A DNA stretch of 64,000 bases from an uncultured Nitrososphaerales archaeon. Lineage in GTDB: Archaea; Thermoproteota; Nitrososphaeria; Nitrososphaerales; Gagatemarchaeaceae. The stretch lies in contig OY970160.1 of assembly GCA_963706445.1 (NCBI GenBank), forward strand, positions 448,001-512,000, given 5' to 3'. The position numbers and the translations under genes are program-made. Under the pieces are notes generated by a model that saw nothing but the letters and a program-made list of their open reading frames with translations, ran no database searches and was not told where the DNA came from. Shown in pieces: positions 38,109 through 48,135 of the stretch. The first letter of the stretch is position 1. Each line of letters begins with the position of its first letter.

Positions 38109-38133
38109 TGGATATACTCGATGGATATACTCG
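38109..38133. repeat. 12-bp perfect direct repeat TGGATATACTCG x2 (1-nt spacer)
   Basis: Copies at 38109-38120 and 38122-38133 in intergenic DNA. Confidence 0.85.
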
Positions 38134-38148
38134 GCAATCCGCTGTACT

Positions 38149-38877
38149 TCAGGTAACTCCGGCCGCCCCCACCTCCATCCTCGCCCCTTCACCCGACGAT
38201 AGAAGAGTGGCCTTCGTCATCGCTCCATCTCTTTCCAACATGACCGATGCGTGGACCAGTTGTTCGACCGTCCTCCCGCCGATGCTCACATCACGCGAGG
38301 GTCCGAAGGTGACTCTATTGGTCAAGATGTATGCCCTGCCGTTGATGTAGGCGTCCCGGGCCATTTCGCTGATGTGAACGCCGAGGGCCGCCTGCCTGTT
38401 GGAGAGGTTGGACGTCCCGGGGAGCTCGACCGAGAAGTTCCGCGTCAGCGTGTCGACGACGACGAGCCTGGACGAGGCGGTCGCTGGCCGGGCCTGCATG
38501 TTGCGCACCGTTTCGAGCTGCTCGGACACCGAGTCTGTCCTCACATAGATCACCCGCTCCATGAGCCCTCCAATCTCCCACCCACGTGCCTCCGCCATCT
38601 GTTCGAGCCTTTCGGGCCTGAACGAACCCTCGGTGTCGACATAGAGGGAAGGTTCCTCCCTCCTTGCTGCTTCGAGCACGGCCTGCATTGCCAGCTGCGA
38701 CTTCCCGCTGTTGCTTCTTCCGAAGACCTCAGTCAGCGTCCCGGCCCGGTAGCCTCCCCCAAGGAGGGCGTCAAGTTTCTTCGACCCTGAACTGTGGCGT
38801 TCGAAGGCCGCGACCCTCTTTACGGACGATTCGGCCGACTCCCAAAACCCTGACGTCTCTTCCGACCCCGCCCTCAT
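38149..38877 (-). CDS. RadA paralog (RadB/aRadC-like RecA-family ATPase)
   Basis: SG...LD.LLGGG, Walker A GRSNSGKS and YVDTEGSFRPER; no N-terminal HhH domain. Confidence 0.85.
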   Translation of the reverse strand: MRAGSEETSGFWESAESSVKRVAAFERHSSGSKKLDALLGGGYRAGTLTEVFGRSNSGKSQLAMQAVLEAARREEPSLYVDTEGSFRPERLEQMAEARGWEIGGLMERVIYVRTDSVSEQLETVRNMQARPATASSRLVVVDTLTRNFSVELPGTSNLSNRQAALGVHISEMARDAYINGRAYILTNRVTFGPSRDVSIGGRTVEQLVHASVMLERDGAMTKATLLSSGEGARMEVGAAGVT

Positions 38878-38938
38878 TTCGCTTTCATCACCGATGTCTT
38901 TTTAACTGTGAGGCGAGGCCCGTCGAAAAAGTTCTGAC

Positions 38939-39190
38939 GTGAATTCTCAGCCGCCTCAACCGACCAAGCGTCCTCTCAATGTCCTACAAAAGGCGACAAA
39001 CAAGCTCGTCTCTGTCCGCCTGAAGAATGAAATCGAATACAAGGGGAGGATGTCCAACGTCGATCCATACATGAACGTGATTCTGGTCGACGCGGAGGAG
39101 TCGGAGAACGGCGCCAAGGTGGCGAACTACGGGAAGGTAGTCATCCGAGGCAACAACGTCCTCTATGTCAAGATAGAGGACAGACTCTAG
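38939..39190 (+). CDS. Sm-like archaeal protein (SmAP)
   Basis: Sm1 V.LKN..Y.G....D.YMN..L and Sm2 IRGNNV. Confidence 0.95.
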   Translation: MNSQPPQPTKRPLNVLQKATNKLVSVRLKNEIEYKGRMSNVDPYMNVILVDAEESENGAKVANYGKVVIRGNNVLYVKIEDRL

Positions 39191-39202
39191 GAGGCACGGC
39201 GG

Positions 39203-40414
39203 GTGCCGCGGTCGCTTCATGTAGAGGAACTCACAGGGCGTAGCGTAGCGGACCTCGACGTCGAGATAGTCGAAAGGAAGGGGAAGGGTCATCCCGACAG
39301 CCTCATCGACGGTGCCTCGGAGGCGGTCTCCCTGGGGCTGTCTGACTACTATCTGAAGCATTTTGGGGCGATCCTTCACCACAACGTCGACAAGGGGATC
39401 CTCGTTGGCGGCAGGTCCCAGGCGGGATTCGGAACAGGGACCATTATTGCCCCGATCTACCTCATGGTCGCCGGGAGGGCCACTGAGCTGGTTCCCATCA
39501 AGGGGAAGATGGTCGAAGTCCCGGTCGAGGAGATAGCCCGGCAGTCTATCAGAGATTTCATCCGTGAAACGATGAGGTTCCTCGACCCAGACAAGCACGT
39601 GGTGATTGACACCAAGATCAAGCAGGGGTCGCCGGACCTAGTCGCAGTATTCATGCGTAAGGGGGCGATGCCTGTCTCCAACGACACATCCATAGGCGTA
39701 GGGTACGCGCCTCTGTCCCCCACAGAGAACCTCGTCCTTTCGTCAGAAAAGCTCCTTAACTCCCCATCGTTCAAAAGGAGGTTCCCGGAAGTGGGAGAGG
39801 ACGTCAAGGTGATGGGGCTCAGGAGGGGTAAGAAACTTGAAGCCACGGTGGCGGCCGCAATGGTGAGCCGCAAGATCCCGGACGCCAGCCACTACATCAG
39901 CGTAATGGACGACGTCCACGAGGAGCTCCAGAAGCTTGCAGAGGAAGTCAGGCTGGACGTCAACTTCAAGTTGAACGCCGCCGACAACCCAAAGCACGGA
40001 GATTTCTATCTGACGGTGACGGGGACTTCCGCGGAACAGGGAGACGACGGGAACACCGGCAGGGGCAATAGGGTCAACGGCCTCATATCTCCGATGCGCC
40101 AGTACTCCATGGAGGCGACAGCGGGGAAGAACCCGGTGAACCACACCGGGAAGATCCTGAACGCCCTAGCCGTCCTGACAGCTAGAGAGATTGTGAAGAA
40201 GGTGCCCACAGTGAAGGAGTCCTACGTGCGGGTCCTCAGCAGGATCGGGAAACCCATCGACCAGCCGCTCATAGCCAGCGCAGCGGTGGTTCTCGAAAAG
40301 GGAGGAAGGATTTCCAGGGTCCGTGGGGAAATCGAGTCCATCATGGACGACTCGCTGGAGGACATCAGGCGGGTCACGAACCTGATTCTAGAGCGAAAGA
40401 TCGAGCTATTCTAG
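39203..40414 (+). CDS. mat: Archaeal S-adenosylmethionine synthetase
   Basis: VERKG.GHPD, HHNVDK, NDTS.G, GEDVKVM, GRGNR.NG and GKNPVNH.GK. Confidence 0.96.
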   Translation: MPRSLHVEELTGRSVADLDVEIVERKGKGHPDSLIDGASEAVSLGLSDYYLKHFGAILHHNVDKGILVGGRSQAGFGTGTIIAPIYLMVAGRATELVPIKGKMVEVPVEEIARQSIRDFIRETMRFLDPDKHVVIDTKIKQGSPDLVAVFMRKGAMPVSNDTSIGVGYAPLSPTENLVLSSEKLLNSPSFKRRFPEVGEDVKVMGLRRGKKLEATVAAAMVSRKIPDASHYISVMDDVHEELQKLAEEVRLDVNFKLNAADNPKHGDFYLTVTGTSAEQGDDGNTGRGNRVNGLISPMRQYSMEATAGKNPVNHTGKILNALAVLTAREIVKKVPTVKESYVRVLSRIGKPIDQPLIASAAVVLEKGGRISRVRGEIESIMDDSLEDIRRVTNLILERKIELF

Positions 40415-41293
40415 CGCGGCTGATTTCCCGGTCACGTAGTCGAAAGAGTTCTGGGCATCGGACTCTACACCGTAGGCCCTATCGAAGAAGGCGCACACCG
40501 CCTTCACATCGTGCATCAGCAGTTCAGCGCTGTTCGGGTGGCCGGCGACGACGGCCTGAGGCCAGTCGATGAGCCAGACCCGTGATCCGTCGGACAATAT
40601 GTTGTATTCGCTAAGGTCGGCGTTCACAAGCCCGGCCTTGGTATAGGCCGCGCGCATCAATCTGAGTATGGTCTTCAGGGCCGCGCCTGCATCTTCCATG
40701 TAGGGCCGCTGCGAAAGCCTCACCCCTGACAGCTCCTCCAATAGTACCGTGCTTCTGCTGTATGAGATGGCCCTGGGAAACGACGTGGAGAGACCTTCGA
40801 GCTTCCTCAGGGCGTGGTACTCTCTCTTCGCAGCGTCGTAGTTTGCTGTCATCCAGCTCCTGAACTCCGCTGTTTCCCTCGCTCGCTTCTTCCTGATGCT
40901 CGTGAAGCTGATCCTTCCGATCTTGTAGAGCTTGAGGGCGTAGACAGTCCCTTCCTCGGTCAGTGCTTCGTACACATCCGATTCCTTCCCTTTTGCGATT
41001 ACGGCCCCCAGCGCGAATATCAGGTCTTTCTTCACGTAATCCTTCAGGGCCATCGCCTCGACCCCTTCTCGGGTGAGGACGTAACCCTGTCCCTTGCGCA
41101 TCGCCAGCCCCTTCCTCTCTAGGGCGTCGGTGGCGAAGTTCACGCGATCAGGTGGCAGGCGGCTCATCCTGGCGATCCTCCCCAGGTCGGGGGTCCCGTA
41201 TCCTGAGGACGCTCTTTCTAGGCCCGCAAGGGTCCTCCACTCCTCGTCCTTGAGGGATTTCAGGACCCGCGCCGCGTTCTCGGTGGTAGACAC
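40406..41293 (-). CDS. rio2: RIO2-type Ser/Thr kinase (winged helix + RIO domain)
   Basis: GKESDVY, K...GR.SF, DLSEYNI and IDWPQ. Confidence 0.9.
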   Translation of the reverse strand: MSTTENAARVLKSLKDEEWRTLAGLERASSGYGTPDLGRIARMSRLPPDRVNFATDALERKGLAMRKGQGYVLTREGVEAMALKDYVKKDLIFALGAVIAKGKESDVYEALTEEGTVYALKLYKIGRISFTSIRKKRARETAEFRSWMTANYDAAKREYHALRKLEGLSTSFPRAISYSRSTVLLEELSGVRLSQRPYMEDAGAALKTILRLMRAAYTKAGLVNADLSEYNILSDGSRVWLIDWPQAVVAGHPNSAELLMHDVKAVCAFFDRAYGVESDAQNSFDYVTGKSAALE

Positions 41294-41352
41294 GTCTAGA
41301 CAGTCTGGGCAGTGCCCCTCGTTATATCAAAGGGAGCCTTTGCCCCGGGCGT

Positions 41353-42399
41353 TCACATCAAGAGTCTGTGGTTTGCCTTTGCGTAGGCGCCCCAATAGGG
41401 GTCAGGACTTTGGACGTACCTCTTCGCAGGCCTTCCGTCCAGGAGCCTTAGGCCTTCGCCTTTCCTCACGACCCCGATTTCCACCCCTCCATGACCAGCA
41501 CGCCGCAAGATGTCAAGGAGCTCATCCAGCTTTTTCGGCGCGCAGGTTATCAGCAGGGCCCCTTCTCCCATCGTCGTCAGCGGATCCAATCCGAAAACCC
41601 TGCAGACTTCGGCAGCTTCCTTCGAGACAGGTATCTTCTCCGGGTCGACAAAGAATGATTTCTCCGACGCAGCAGCCATCTCATCCAGAGCCCCCAAGAC
41701 TCCCCCCTCGGTGGCGTCGTGCATCGATGTCACGCCGTCAGGGCCGAGACCTACCTGTCGCGCGGTCCTCGAGTCTTCCACGGTCGTGCATAGGCTGGTG
41801 AACCTGACAGCTTTCCTGACGATGGCCTTTCCGGCCTTGGAGGCCGTGAAATCTGGGAATGAAGCGGCCAGGGACGCCGTTGCCTCTATGGCAGCATGCT
41901 TCGTCATAACAATGCTGTCCCCCGGTCGGGACATGGCCGGGGTCAGGTAGCCCCCCTCCTTGGCGAACCCAAGCATTGCTCCACTCCCAATCACCGTGTA
42001 GCCTGCGCCAGGGTAACTGCCGGTGTGTCCTCCCGCTATGGCGACCCCTAGCTTCTTGCACTCGTCTCCGACAGCTCTGATGTAGCCTTCCCTCTCCTTT
42101 TCGCCCATGGCCTCCGGGAAGTTGTAGCTGAGGAGTGCGAACTCTGGGTCGACTCCAGAAGTAGTGTAGTCCGAGGCGATCAGATGGACGCTCAGCCAGG
42201 CGGAGAGCTTCATGCCGAGGGCAGGGATGGCTGAGATCGGGTCCACGGTCACGATAATGACCTGACCTCGGCCGATTGAGACCACCCCGTTGTCCAGGCC
42301 CTTTCCGGGCCCGAAGGTTATCTTCGCGTCCGGCCTTCCCAGGTGTGAGTAGACGACTTCATCCATGAAGCTGTCCGGCTCCTTCCCGATGTGGCCCAA
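41353..42399 (-). CDS. AIR-synthase/HypE/ThiL-fold (PurM-like) ATP-binding protein of unknown function
   Basis: GP..G.D, DPI, GGHT, PGD.IV.TK, MHDATEGG and DP....EG.LLI. Confidence 0.85.
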   Translation of the reverse strand: MGHIGKEPDSFMDEVVYSHLGRPDAKITFGPGKGLDNGVVSIGRGQVIIVTVDPISAIPALGMKLSAWLSVHLIASDYTTSGVDPEFALLSYNFPEAMGEKEREGYIRAVGDECKKLGVAIAGGHTGSYPGAGYTVIGSGAMLGFAKEGGYLTPAMSRPGDSIVMTKHAAIEATASLAASFPDFTASKAGKAIVRKAVRFTSLCTTVEDSRTARQVGLGPDGVTSMHDATEGGVLGALDEMAAASEKSFFVDPEKIPVSKEAAEVCRVFGLDPLTTMGEGALLITCAPKKLDELLDILRRAGHGGVEIGVVRKGEGLRLLDGRPAKRYVQSPDPYWGAYAKANHRLLM

Positions 42400-42409
42400 G
42401 GCATGCCGC

Positions 42410-42988
42410 CTACTGGAATCCTAGCCTCTTGAAAGAAGGCTTGGCAGCTCTAATCAGCGCGAAAGCCACGGGGATGAAGGCAAGGTCGAACAGGGTGAAG
42501 AAGTCGGCAGACGCGAGGCCGAGCGGGGTCTGATTGGCTCCCACCGAATAGGAAAAGAGGCCATACTGATAGAATGCCCAGTCCGAGAAGAAGAATGCGA
42601 GGGTTTCGAATACCGTGGCAGCGACCATGGCGATCACGAGGGTCTTCGTCCCCCTGTTCCTCGCCCACGCGACTATGAACACCTCGGGCGCCCTCGCCCA
42701 GACGATCCCGAACGGATAGATTGGCGACCCTGCTCCCCTGAATGCCACGTTGAACGCCTCCCCGATGAAGCCCCCGATGGCTGTGGCGTCGAAGGCAGTC
42801 GATGTATCGACAAGGACAGCCAGCGCGAGATAGATCGGCGGCGACCAGGTGATCTCGTAAAGGGGGGGCGGGAGGGGGATGGAGAGTATCGTGCCGAGGG
42901 CAATGAGGGCCGAGAAGATCGCTACCACCGCGAGGGTCTTCGACCTCGGCATCTCCGGCAGTGAAACCTTCCCTAGGCCGATTCCCAC
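42410..42988 (-). CDS. ECF transporter S-component
   Basis: AIFSAL..LGT..SIP N-terminus and ~6 TM. Confidence 0.7.
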   Translation of the reverse strand: MGIGLGKVSLPEMPRSKTLAVVAIFSALIALGTILSIPLPPPLYEITWSPPIYLALAVLVDTSTAFDATAIGGFIGEAFNVAFRGAGSPIYPFGIVWARAPEVFIVAWARNRGTKTLVIAMVAATVFETLAFFFSDWAFYQYGLFSYSVGANQTPLGLASADFFTLFDLAFIPVAFALIRAAKPSFKRLGFQ

Positions 42989-43010
42989 GACCCGCCGGTC
43001 GGCTCCACTC

Positions 43011-43028
43011 TTATAAACAAGTGAATAA
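43011..43028. promoter_or_regulatory. Imperfect palindrome TTATnnACnnGTnnATAA covering the TATA box of the ECF operon; candidate ThiR operator
   Basis: TTATAAACAAGTGAATAA has 12 of 18 positions self-complementary and abuts the regulator ATG at 43029. Confidence 0.5.
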
Positions 43029-43973
43029 ATGGCTTATACCATGCAACCCCCCGATGAGCTGATGACGGGGGTGTTCCTCCCGGCAATGCGGCAGCTCGTT
43101 GCAGGCAAGCTCAGGTCAAGGGGGCTGTCCCAGAACAGAGTCTCGTCCATCCTAGGGGTCACTCAGGCATCGGTCAGCATGTACCTCTCCTCGGGCCCCG
43201 AAAAGGCGTACCGTTTGCTGTCCAGGTTCGCCGTAACACGCAGGGCCGCTGACAGCGATGCCGAGGTCCTGGCGGACCAACTGCTGAGGGACCCTGCCGA
43301 GAGCGTCAGAGGCCTGAACTCCATCTGGACTGCCTTGCTGGGGTCAGGTGCGGCCTGCACCGCCCACCGCGAAGCCTACCCGTCGCTTGCGGGCTGCGAC
43401 TTTTGCCTCAAGGAGTACGGAAGCCGGGGCAGCTCCTTATCGGAAGCAGTGGCCCAGGTCACCCAGGCCGTCCGCCTCCTCGAAGAATCCTCACAATTCG
43501 TCGCCGTGATGCCAGAGGTCTCTGTTAACATCGCCTGCGCGGCTGCGGATGCAGCGTCCCCCGCTGATGTCGTCGCAATTCCGGGGAGGATTGTGAAGGT
43601 CAGGCAGAGGGCCAAGGCGATGTTGCCACCGGAGCCTGGCGCGTCGGCGCACATGGCCGGGGTCCTCTTAACGGCGAAGAGACGCCGGGGGGAACTCAGA
43701 GCCTGCATCAACCTCAGATATGATCCGAAGATGGCTTCCGTCCTGCGCGTTTCAGGGCTTCGCACCCTCAATCTCGGCACCCGCCGGACAGGCGGAACAT
43801 TGGCCTCCACAGCCGAGCTGCTCGAAAAGAAGATTGCCTCATCGGCGTCGTTCGACGCCGTCGTGGACGAAGGTGGAAGCGGGATAGAGCCCAATGTGTA
43901 CCTCTTCGCCAAAGGCGCCCCGGAGGTCGCCAAGCTCGCCCTGAAGCTGGCGAAGGCCTACTCAGCGGCTTAA
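43029..43973 (+). CDS. thiR: ThiR-like regulator: XRE-type HTH + ThiN (thiamine-phosphate synthase-like) domain
   Basis: LPA.R..VA..L...G.SQ......LGVTQASVS.YL, CxxH..CxxC, PEV..N, PGRI, GAS.H.A and D.GG.G.EP. Confidence 0.78.
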   Translation: MAYTMQPPDELMTGVFLPAMRQLVAGKLRSRGLSQNRVSSILGVTQASVSMYLSSGPEKAYRLLSRFAVTRRAADSDAEVLADQLLRDPAESVRGLNSIWTALLGSGAACTAHREAYPSLAGCDFCLKEYGSRGSSLSEAVAQVTQAVRLLEESSQFVAVMPEVSVNIACAAADAASPADVVAIPGRIVKVRQRAKAMLPPEPGASAHMAGVLLTAKRRRGELRACINLRYDPKMASVLRVSGLRTLNLGTRRTGGTLASTAELLEKKIASSASFDAVVDEGGSGIEPNVYLFAKGAPEVAKLALKLAKAYSAA

Positions 43974-45605
43974 GGACCTAAGTCTCTCGGGTTCCTTGGA
44001 AAGCCGACGCGCCCGCTTTACGCAAGCTGCCACGAACTCCACGTAGATCGGCTCGGGCCTCTCGGGCCGGCTGATGTACTCGGGGTGATACTGGGTGGCC
44101 ATGTAGAAGGGGTGCCCCTCCAGCTCCAGGATCTCCGCACGCCTTCCGCCGTCGCTGAAAGCGGTGTACTTCATCCCCTTCTCCTCGAGCTTCTTCAGGT
44201 ATGCCTGGTTCAGCTCGAACCTGTGCCTGTGCCTCTCCCTAATGGTGTCCGACCTGTAGATGTCGAAGGCCCTGCTTGGTTTCTTGACACGGATGTCGTG
44301 CCCTCCGAGCCGCATCGTCCCCCCGAGGTCGGTGACTTCGCGCTGCTCTGGGAGCAGGTCGATCACCGGGTGGGGGGTCCGCGGGTCGACTTCGGTGGTG
44401 TTCGCCCCCTTAAGTCCGAGGACGTGTCTGGCGAAAGACACACTCGCGAGCTGAAAGCCGTAGCACAGCCCTAGGAAAGGTATCTCCGCCACCCTCGCCT
44501 TGTTCGCGGCGGCTATCTTCCCCTCGACTCCCCGGCTCCCGAAGCCCTGGGGGAGGACGACCCCGTCATAGCTCTCCATAAGGTCCAACTTTGTGGCGTC
44601 CTTCTCTATCTCTTCGGACTCTATCCACGAGATCCTAGTGTTCGCCCCGTTGACCGCGCCCGCGTGCGACAATGCCTGGTTGACGCTCACATAGCTGTCG
44701 GCTAGGTTGGCGTACTTGCCCACCATGGCGATCCTAACGGTAATGTTGTGGTCCAAGAATCTGCCTGCGACAAGGTTCCATGCGGCGATGCCAAGCCTCG
44801 AACGGAGCCCGAGCTGCCTGTGGATCGGCTTCAGGACTCCCTCCCTCTCGAGGAGCCTCGGCACCTGGTAGATTGTCTCGACATCCGGGTCTGAAATTAC
44901 GTTCTCCAAGGGGACGCTGGTGAAAAGAGAGACCTTCTCTTTAGCATCCGCCGGGAGGACCCTGGTGCCTCTGATTACAAGTATGTCCGGCTGTATCCCG
45001 ATCCTTCTCATCTCCTGGACGCTGTGCTGAGTGGGTTTCGTCTTCATTTCCCCCACGACGGAGAGTTCAGGGGCGAGGGCCACGTGCAGAAAAAGCGACC
45101 TCGACATCCCCTCTTCCATCCGCATCTGCCTGAACGCCTCAAGGAAGGGGAGACTCTCTATGTCTCCCACCGTCCCACCGCACTCCACGACCAGCACGTC
45201 CACGTCCTCCCTCTCCCCCAGCTCGCGGATGCGCCGCTTGATCTCGTCGGTGATGTGGGGGATAATCTGGACGGACTTTCCCAGGAACCGCCCCCTTCGT
45301 TCGTCGTCGATCACCTTCTTGTAGATCTGTCCGGTGGTGATGTTGTTCGCCTTGCCCATGTCCCTGTTGAGGAACCTCTCGTAGTTGCCGAGGTCCATGT
45401 CCGTCTCCCCTCCATCGTCTGTTACGAAGACCTCCCCGTGGGTGTAGGGGTTCATTGTCCCCGCGTCGAAGTTTAGGTACGGGTCGATTTTCAGGCAGGT
45501 GACATCGACACCTGATAGCTGCAGCAATTTTGCCACAGAGGATGTTATGATGCCCTTGCCGAGCCCCGACATCACTCCTCCCGTGACGAAAAGATACTTC
45601 GGCAA
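43962..45605 (-). CDS. pyrG: CTP synthase
   Basis: FVTGGV.SGLGKG, KTKPTQH, GLCYG, ERHRHR and QYHPE. Confidence 0.97.
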   Translation of the reverse strand: MPKYLFVTGGVMSGLGKGIITSSVAKLLQLSGVDVTCLKIDPYLNFDAGTMNPYTHGEVFVTDDGGETDMDLGNYERFLNRDMGKANNITTGQIYKKVIDDERRGRFLGKSVQIIPHITDEIKRRIRELGEREDVDVLVVECGGTVGDIESLPFLEAFRQMRMEEGMSRSLFLHVALAPELSVVGEMKTKPTQHSVQEMRRIGIQPDILVIRGTRVLPADAKEKVSLFTSVPLENVISDPDVETIYQVPRLLEREGVLKPIHRQLGLRSRLGIAAWNLVAGRFLDHNITVRIAMVGKYANLADSYVSVNQALSHAGAVNGANTRISWIESEEIEKDATKLDLMESYDGVVLPQGFGSRGVEGKIAAANKARVAEIPFLGLCYGFQLASVSFARHVLGLKGANTTEVDPRTPHPVIDLLPEQREVTDLGGTMRLGGHDIRVKKPSRAFDIYRSDTIRERHRHRFELNQAYLKKLEEKGMKYTAFSDGGRRAEILELEGHPFYMATQYHPEYISRPERPEPIYVEFVAACVKRARRLSKEPERLRSLSR

Positions 45606-45656
45606 GACTGCAGCAAAGAGCCCTTTGTAATTAAGCGTTTTCCGAGGTCCGGAGGT

Positions 45657-46646
45657 CTACGCGACCTGCTGAGTTATCACGGCCAGATCCGATACGTCGA
45701 TCAGGAGCTTGCTGACCCGCTCGAGCGTCGCCAAAGTCTCTGTCGTCGCGCCGTCGTCATCCGATGGGGTCTTTGCGAGGGCCGCGAGTTTGTCGCTCAC
45801 TTCCTGAGCGAGCGCGTTCACCTGCTTGCTGATGGTCCTCTGTCTGCTCACCCTCCTTGTGATGAACCCTTGTGTGGCCAGGTCGTTCATCGACTTCAGC
45901 TTCAAGACCAGGGACGAATACTCCCTCGCGAGCTCCTTCGACCCGACCCTCCCGTGAAGCTTACGCGACAGGTCGGTGACCGCGTCCCCGATGCTCTCCA
46001 TGAAACTGGCCAGGACCCGGTAGTCGAGGAGGTCCACCGGAGATAGTCCATACCCCTCCGCCATTTCTGGCCTGACGATGGCAGCTCTTGTCGCGCGTAC
46101 CAGCAGGAAATACAGTCTGTCTACCTCGTCATCCCTTTCCCCAGCAAGGGCCAGGAGCTTCGCGTCACCCTTCGCCAGGGCCTCCGCCATATCCTTGAGC
46201 ATCCCGTCGAGGAGCCCCGACATCCTCAGGACTATCTTCTCCGGTACGATTACAGTGGGCTCAAGGAGGAATTGCATGGTAATCCGCTTCGAGTCCTCGT
46301 CCATTATCTCGAGCCCGACTAGCCTGCCGATGGCAGACTTGATGGCGGCCCTGTCTTCCCTGCTGATGACCTTGCTCCCAACGACCTTGATCACGTCGAA
46401 TCCAAGAAGGTAGGCCCCTGTCAGGTCGTTGGTGACCTGGCTGACGTCTTCCCCGGGGTAGTCAATCGCGATCTGCTTCGGCTCGTCCCCCTTCCTCTCA
46501 TACGGACTGACCAGCAGCTTTCGGGCCGAGATCTCCTCTACCGAAATTGTGGCGCCCTTCTTGATTCCGTTCTTCTTCACCCATTCCTTCGGTAGAGAGA
46601 TGAGGATAGTGCCCTTGCCCATCTCTATCGCCTTCCTTCCTTCCAT
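45657..46646 (-). CDS. phoU: AbrB-PhoU phosphate uptake regulator
   Basis: G.GT..ISLPKEW, AYL.G.D, GLEI, DDEVDRLY and E.IGD. Confidence 0.87.
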   Translation of the reverse strand: MEGRKAIEMGKGTILISLPKEWVKKNGIKKGATISVEEISARKLLVSPYERKGDEPKQIAIDYPGEDVSQVTNDLTGAYLLGFDVIKVVGSKVISREDRAAIKSAIGRLVGLEIMDEDSKRITMQFLLEPTVIVPEKIVLRMSGLLDGMLKDMAEALAKGDAKLLALAGERDDEVDRLYFLLVRATRAAIVRPEMAEGYGLSPVDLLDYRVLASFMESIGDAVTDLSRKLHGRVGSKELAREYSSLVLKLKSMNDLATQGFITRRVSRQRTISKQVNALAQEVSDKLAALAKTPSDDDGATTETLATLERVSKLLIDVSDLAVITQQVA

Positions 46647-46675
46647 GTGTGGAGGTGCCTTGAATCTCTGTATAT

Positions 46676-47140
46676 CTATTTACTTTCAGATACGTCCACG
46701 GTGCTCCCCCCGGCGAGCCTGACCAGGTCCTTGGGCTGCATCCTGAAGACCAGATTCGGAGCGCCTCCCGCTGCCCAGACCTGTTGAAACCGCTCGATGG
46801 AGGCGTCCACGAGGGCCACCACGCCTTCGATGTGCGGAAAAGGCGGCACCCCGCCGATCGGATACCCGGTCCTCTCCCTGACCTCGTCGGGGCTCGCCCT
46901 CTTCACGGGTCCGCCCACCATCTTCTCCAGCCTGGCCTCGTCCACCCGCTTGTCTCCTGATATGATTACTACCGAGGTCCTGTCCCCGACGAAGACTACG
47001 CTCTTCGCTATCTCCGCGACCGTACACCCAAGAGCCTGCGCTGCGAGAGCTGAATTCTTGGTGCTCTCTCCGAACTCCTTCACCTGATAGGACGCACCGG
47101 ACTTTGACAGGAATTCCGCTACCCTCTCCCGGCTCCCCAA
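46676..47140 (-). CDS. YbaK/EbsC aminoacyl-tRNA deacylase family
   Basis: AA..LG....IAKS, TGY.IGGVPPF and WAAGG. Confidence 0.9.
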   Translation of the reverse strand: MGSRERVAEFLSKSGASYQVKEFGESTKNSALAAQALGCTVAEIAKSVVFVGDRTSVVIISGDKRVDEARLEKMVGGPVKRASPDEVRERTGYPIGGVPPFPHIEGVVALVDASIERFQQVWAAGGAPNLVFRMQPKDLVRLAGGSTVDVSESK

Positions 47141-47150
47141 TCCGGCTTAC

Positions 47151-47459
47151 CTACTGAACGGGCTGGACTGGTTTGTTGACCTGCTTGTTCACTGCGTCCG
47201 CAAGGTAATGCCCCCTCAGCGTGACCTTTGCCTCCTTGACGCCGGGGACGGACAGGAGTCCTGCCTTGATGTCGGCCGCTATCTTGAGTGCGAACACGGG
47301 AGGACAGAACGGCGCGGTAAGGTGGAACTCTAGGTCCACGTTCCCTTCGGTGACCGTCATCTTGTCGATCAGCTTCAGGTCGGTTATCGGACGTCCAAGC
47401 TCGGGGTCCATGATCTTCGACATTGCAGCGTTGATCGCCGACTCTTCCACTTGAGACAA
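47151..47459 (-). CDS. DUF59/SufT/MIP18 Fe-S cluster assembly protein
   Basis: DPEL...I.DL..I and LTAPFCP. Confidence 0.9.
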   Translation of the reverse strand: MSQVEESAINAAMSKIMDPELGRPITDLKLIDKMTVTEGNVDLEFHLTAPFCPPVFALKIAADIKAGLLSVPGVKEAKVTLRGHYLADAVNKQVNKPVQPVQ

Positions 47460-47517
47460 GCCTGAAAATCGGGCTCAACTGCTTATTTATCCGTTTGGAG
47501 CCGCGGACCGCCGTCGT

Positions 47518-48135
47518 TTGTCCCTGATATCATCTTTCTTCTCATTTGACGCCGTCCTTTTTGTCGAAGCCTTCGTGTTACTGTTCGCCGTCATCGACGC
47601 CATCGGGACAGTCCCTATCTTCGTGCCACTTACCGCCAACTACCCCGAGGACCGAAAGAGGATCCTCAGGCAGGCCATGCTGATCTCCACGTCAATCTTG
47701 GTTGTGTTCACACTGTTCGGATGGCTCATCTTCGACATATTCGGGATCACCATCGACGACTTCCGAATCGCAGGGGGCATCATCCTCTTCGTCGTCGCCG
47801 TAGACCGCCTAAGGGGAGCGGACATCAGGGCCCGTGGGCTCCAACCTTCGGACGTCGCAGCCTTCCCCCTGGCCACGCCGCTGCTCGCTGGACCGGGTGC
47901 CATCTCCACGGTCATAATAATCTCCGGGCCCCCCTACTCCCCCTTCCTTGCACTCGTCGTCGGTTGCAACGCCGTGCTCGCTTTCCTCATCCTGTCTAGC
48001 TCGAACTGGGTCAGGAAGTTTCTGGGGGCGAACGGCACCAACGCTCTTTCACGGATAACCGCACTGCTCATCGCGTCCCTCGCGGTGCCTTTCATCATCG
48101 CAGGCATCACGGACGTAGTCGCCTCCCTGAAATGA
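47518..48135 (+). CDS. MarC family membrane protein
   Basis: D.IG.VPIF, FRIAGGIIL and PLATPLLAGPGAI. Confidence 0.93.
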   Translation: MSLISSFFSFDAVLFVEAFVLLFAVIDAIGTVPIFVPLTANYPEDRKRILRQAMLISTSILVVFTLFGWLIFDIFGITIDDFRIAGGIILFVVAVDRLRGADIRARGLQPSDVAAFPLATPLLAGPGAISTVIIISGPPYSPFLALVVGCNAVLAFLILSSSNWVRKFLGANGTNALSRITALLIASLAVPFIIAGITDVVASLK

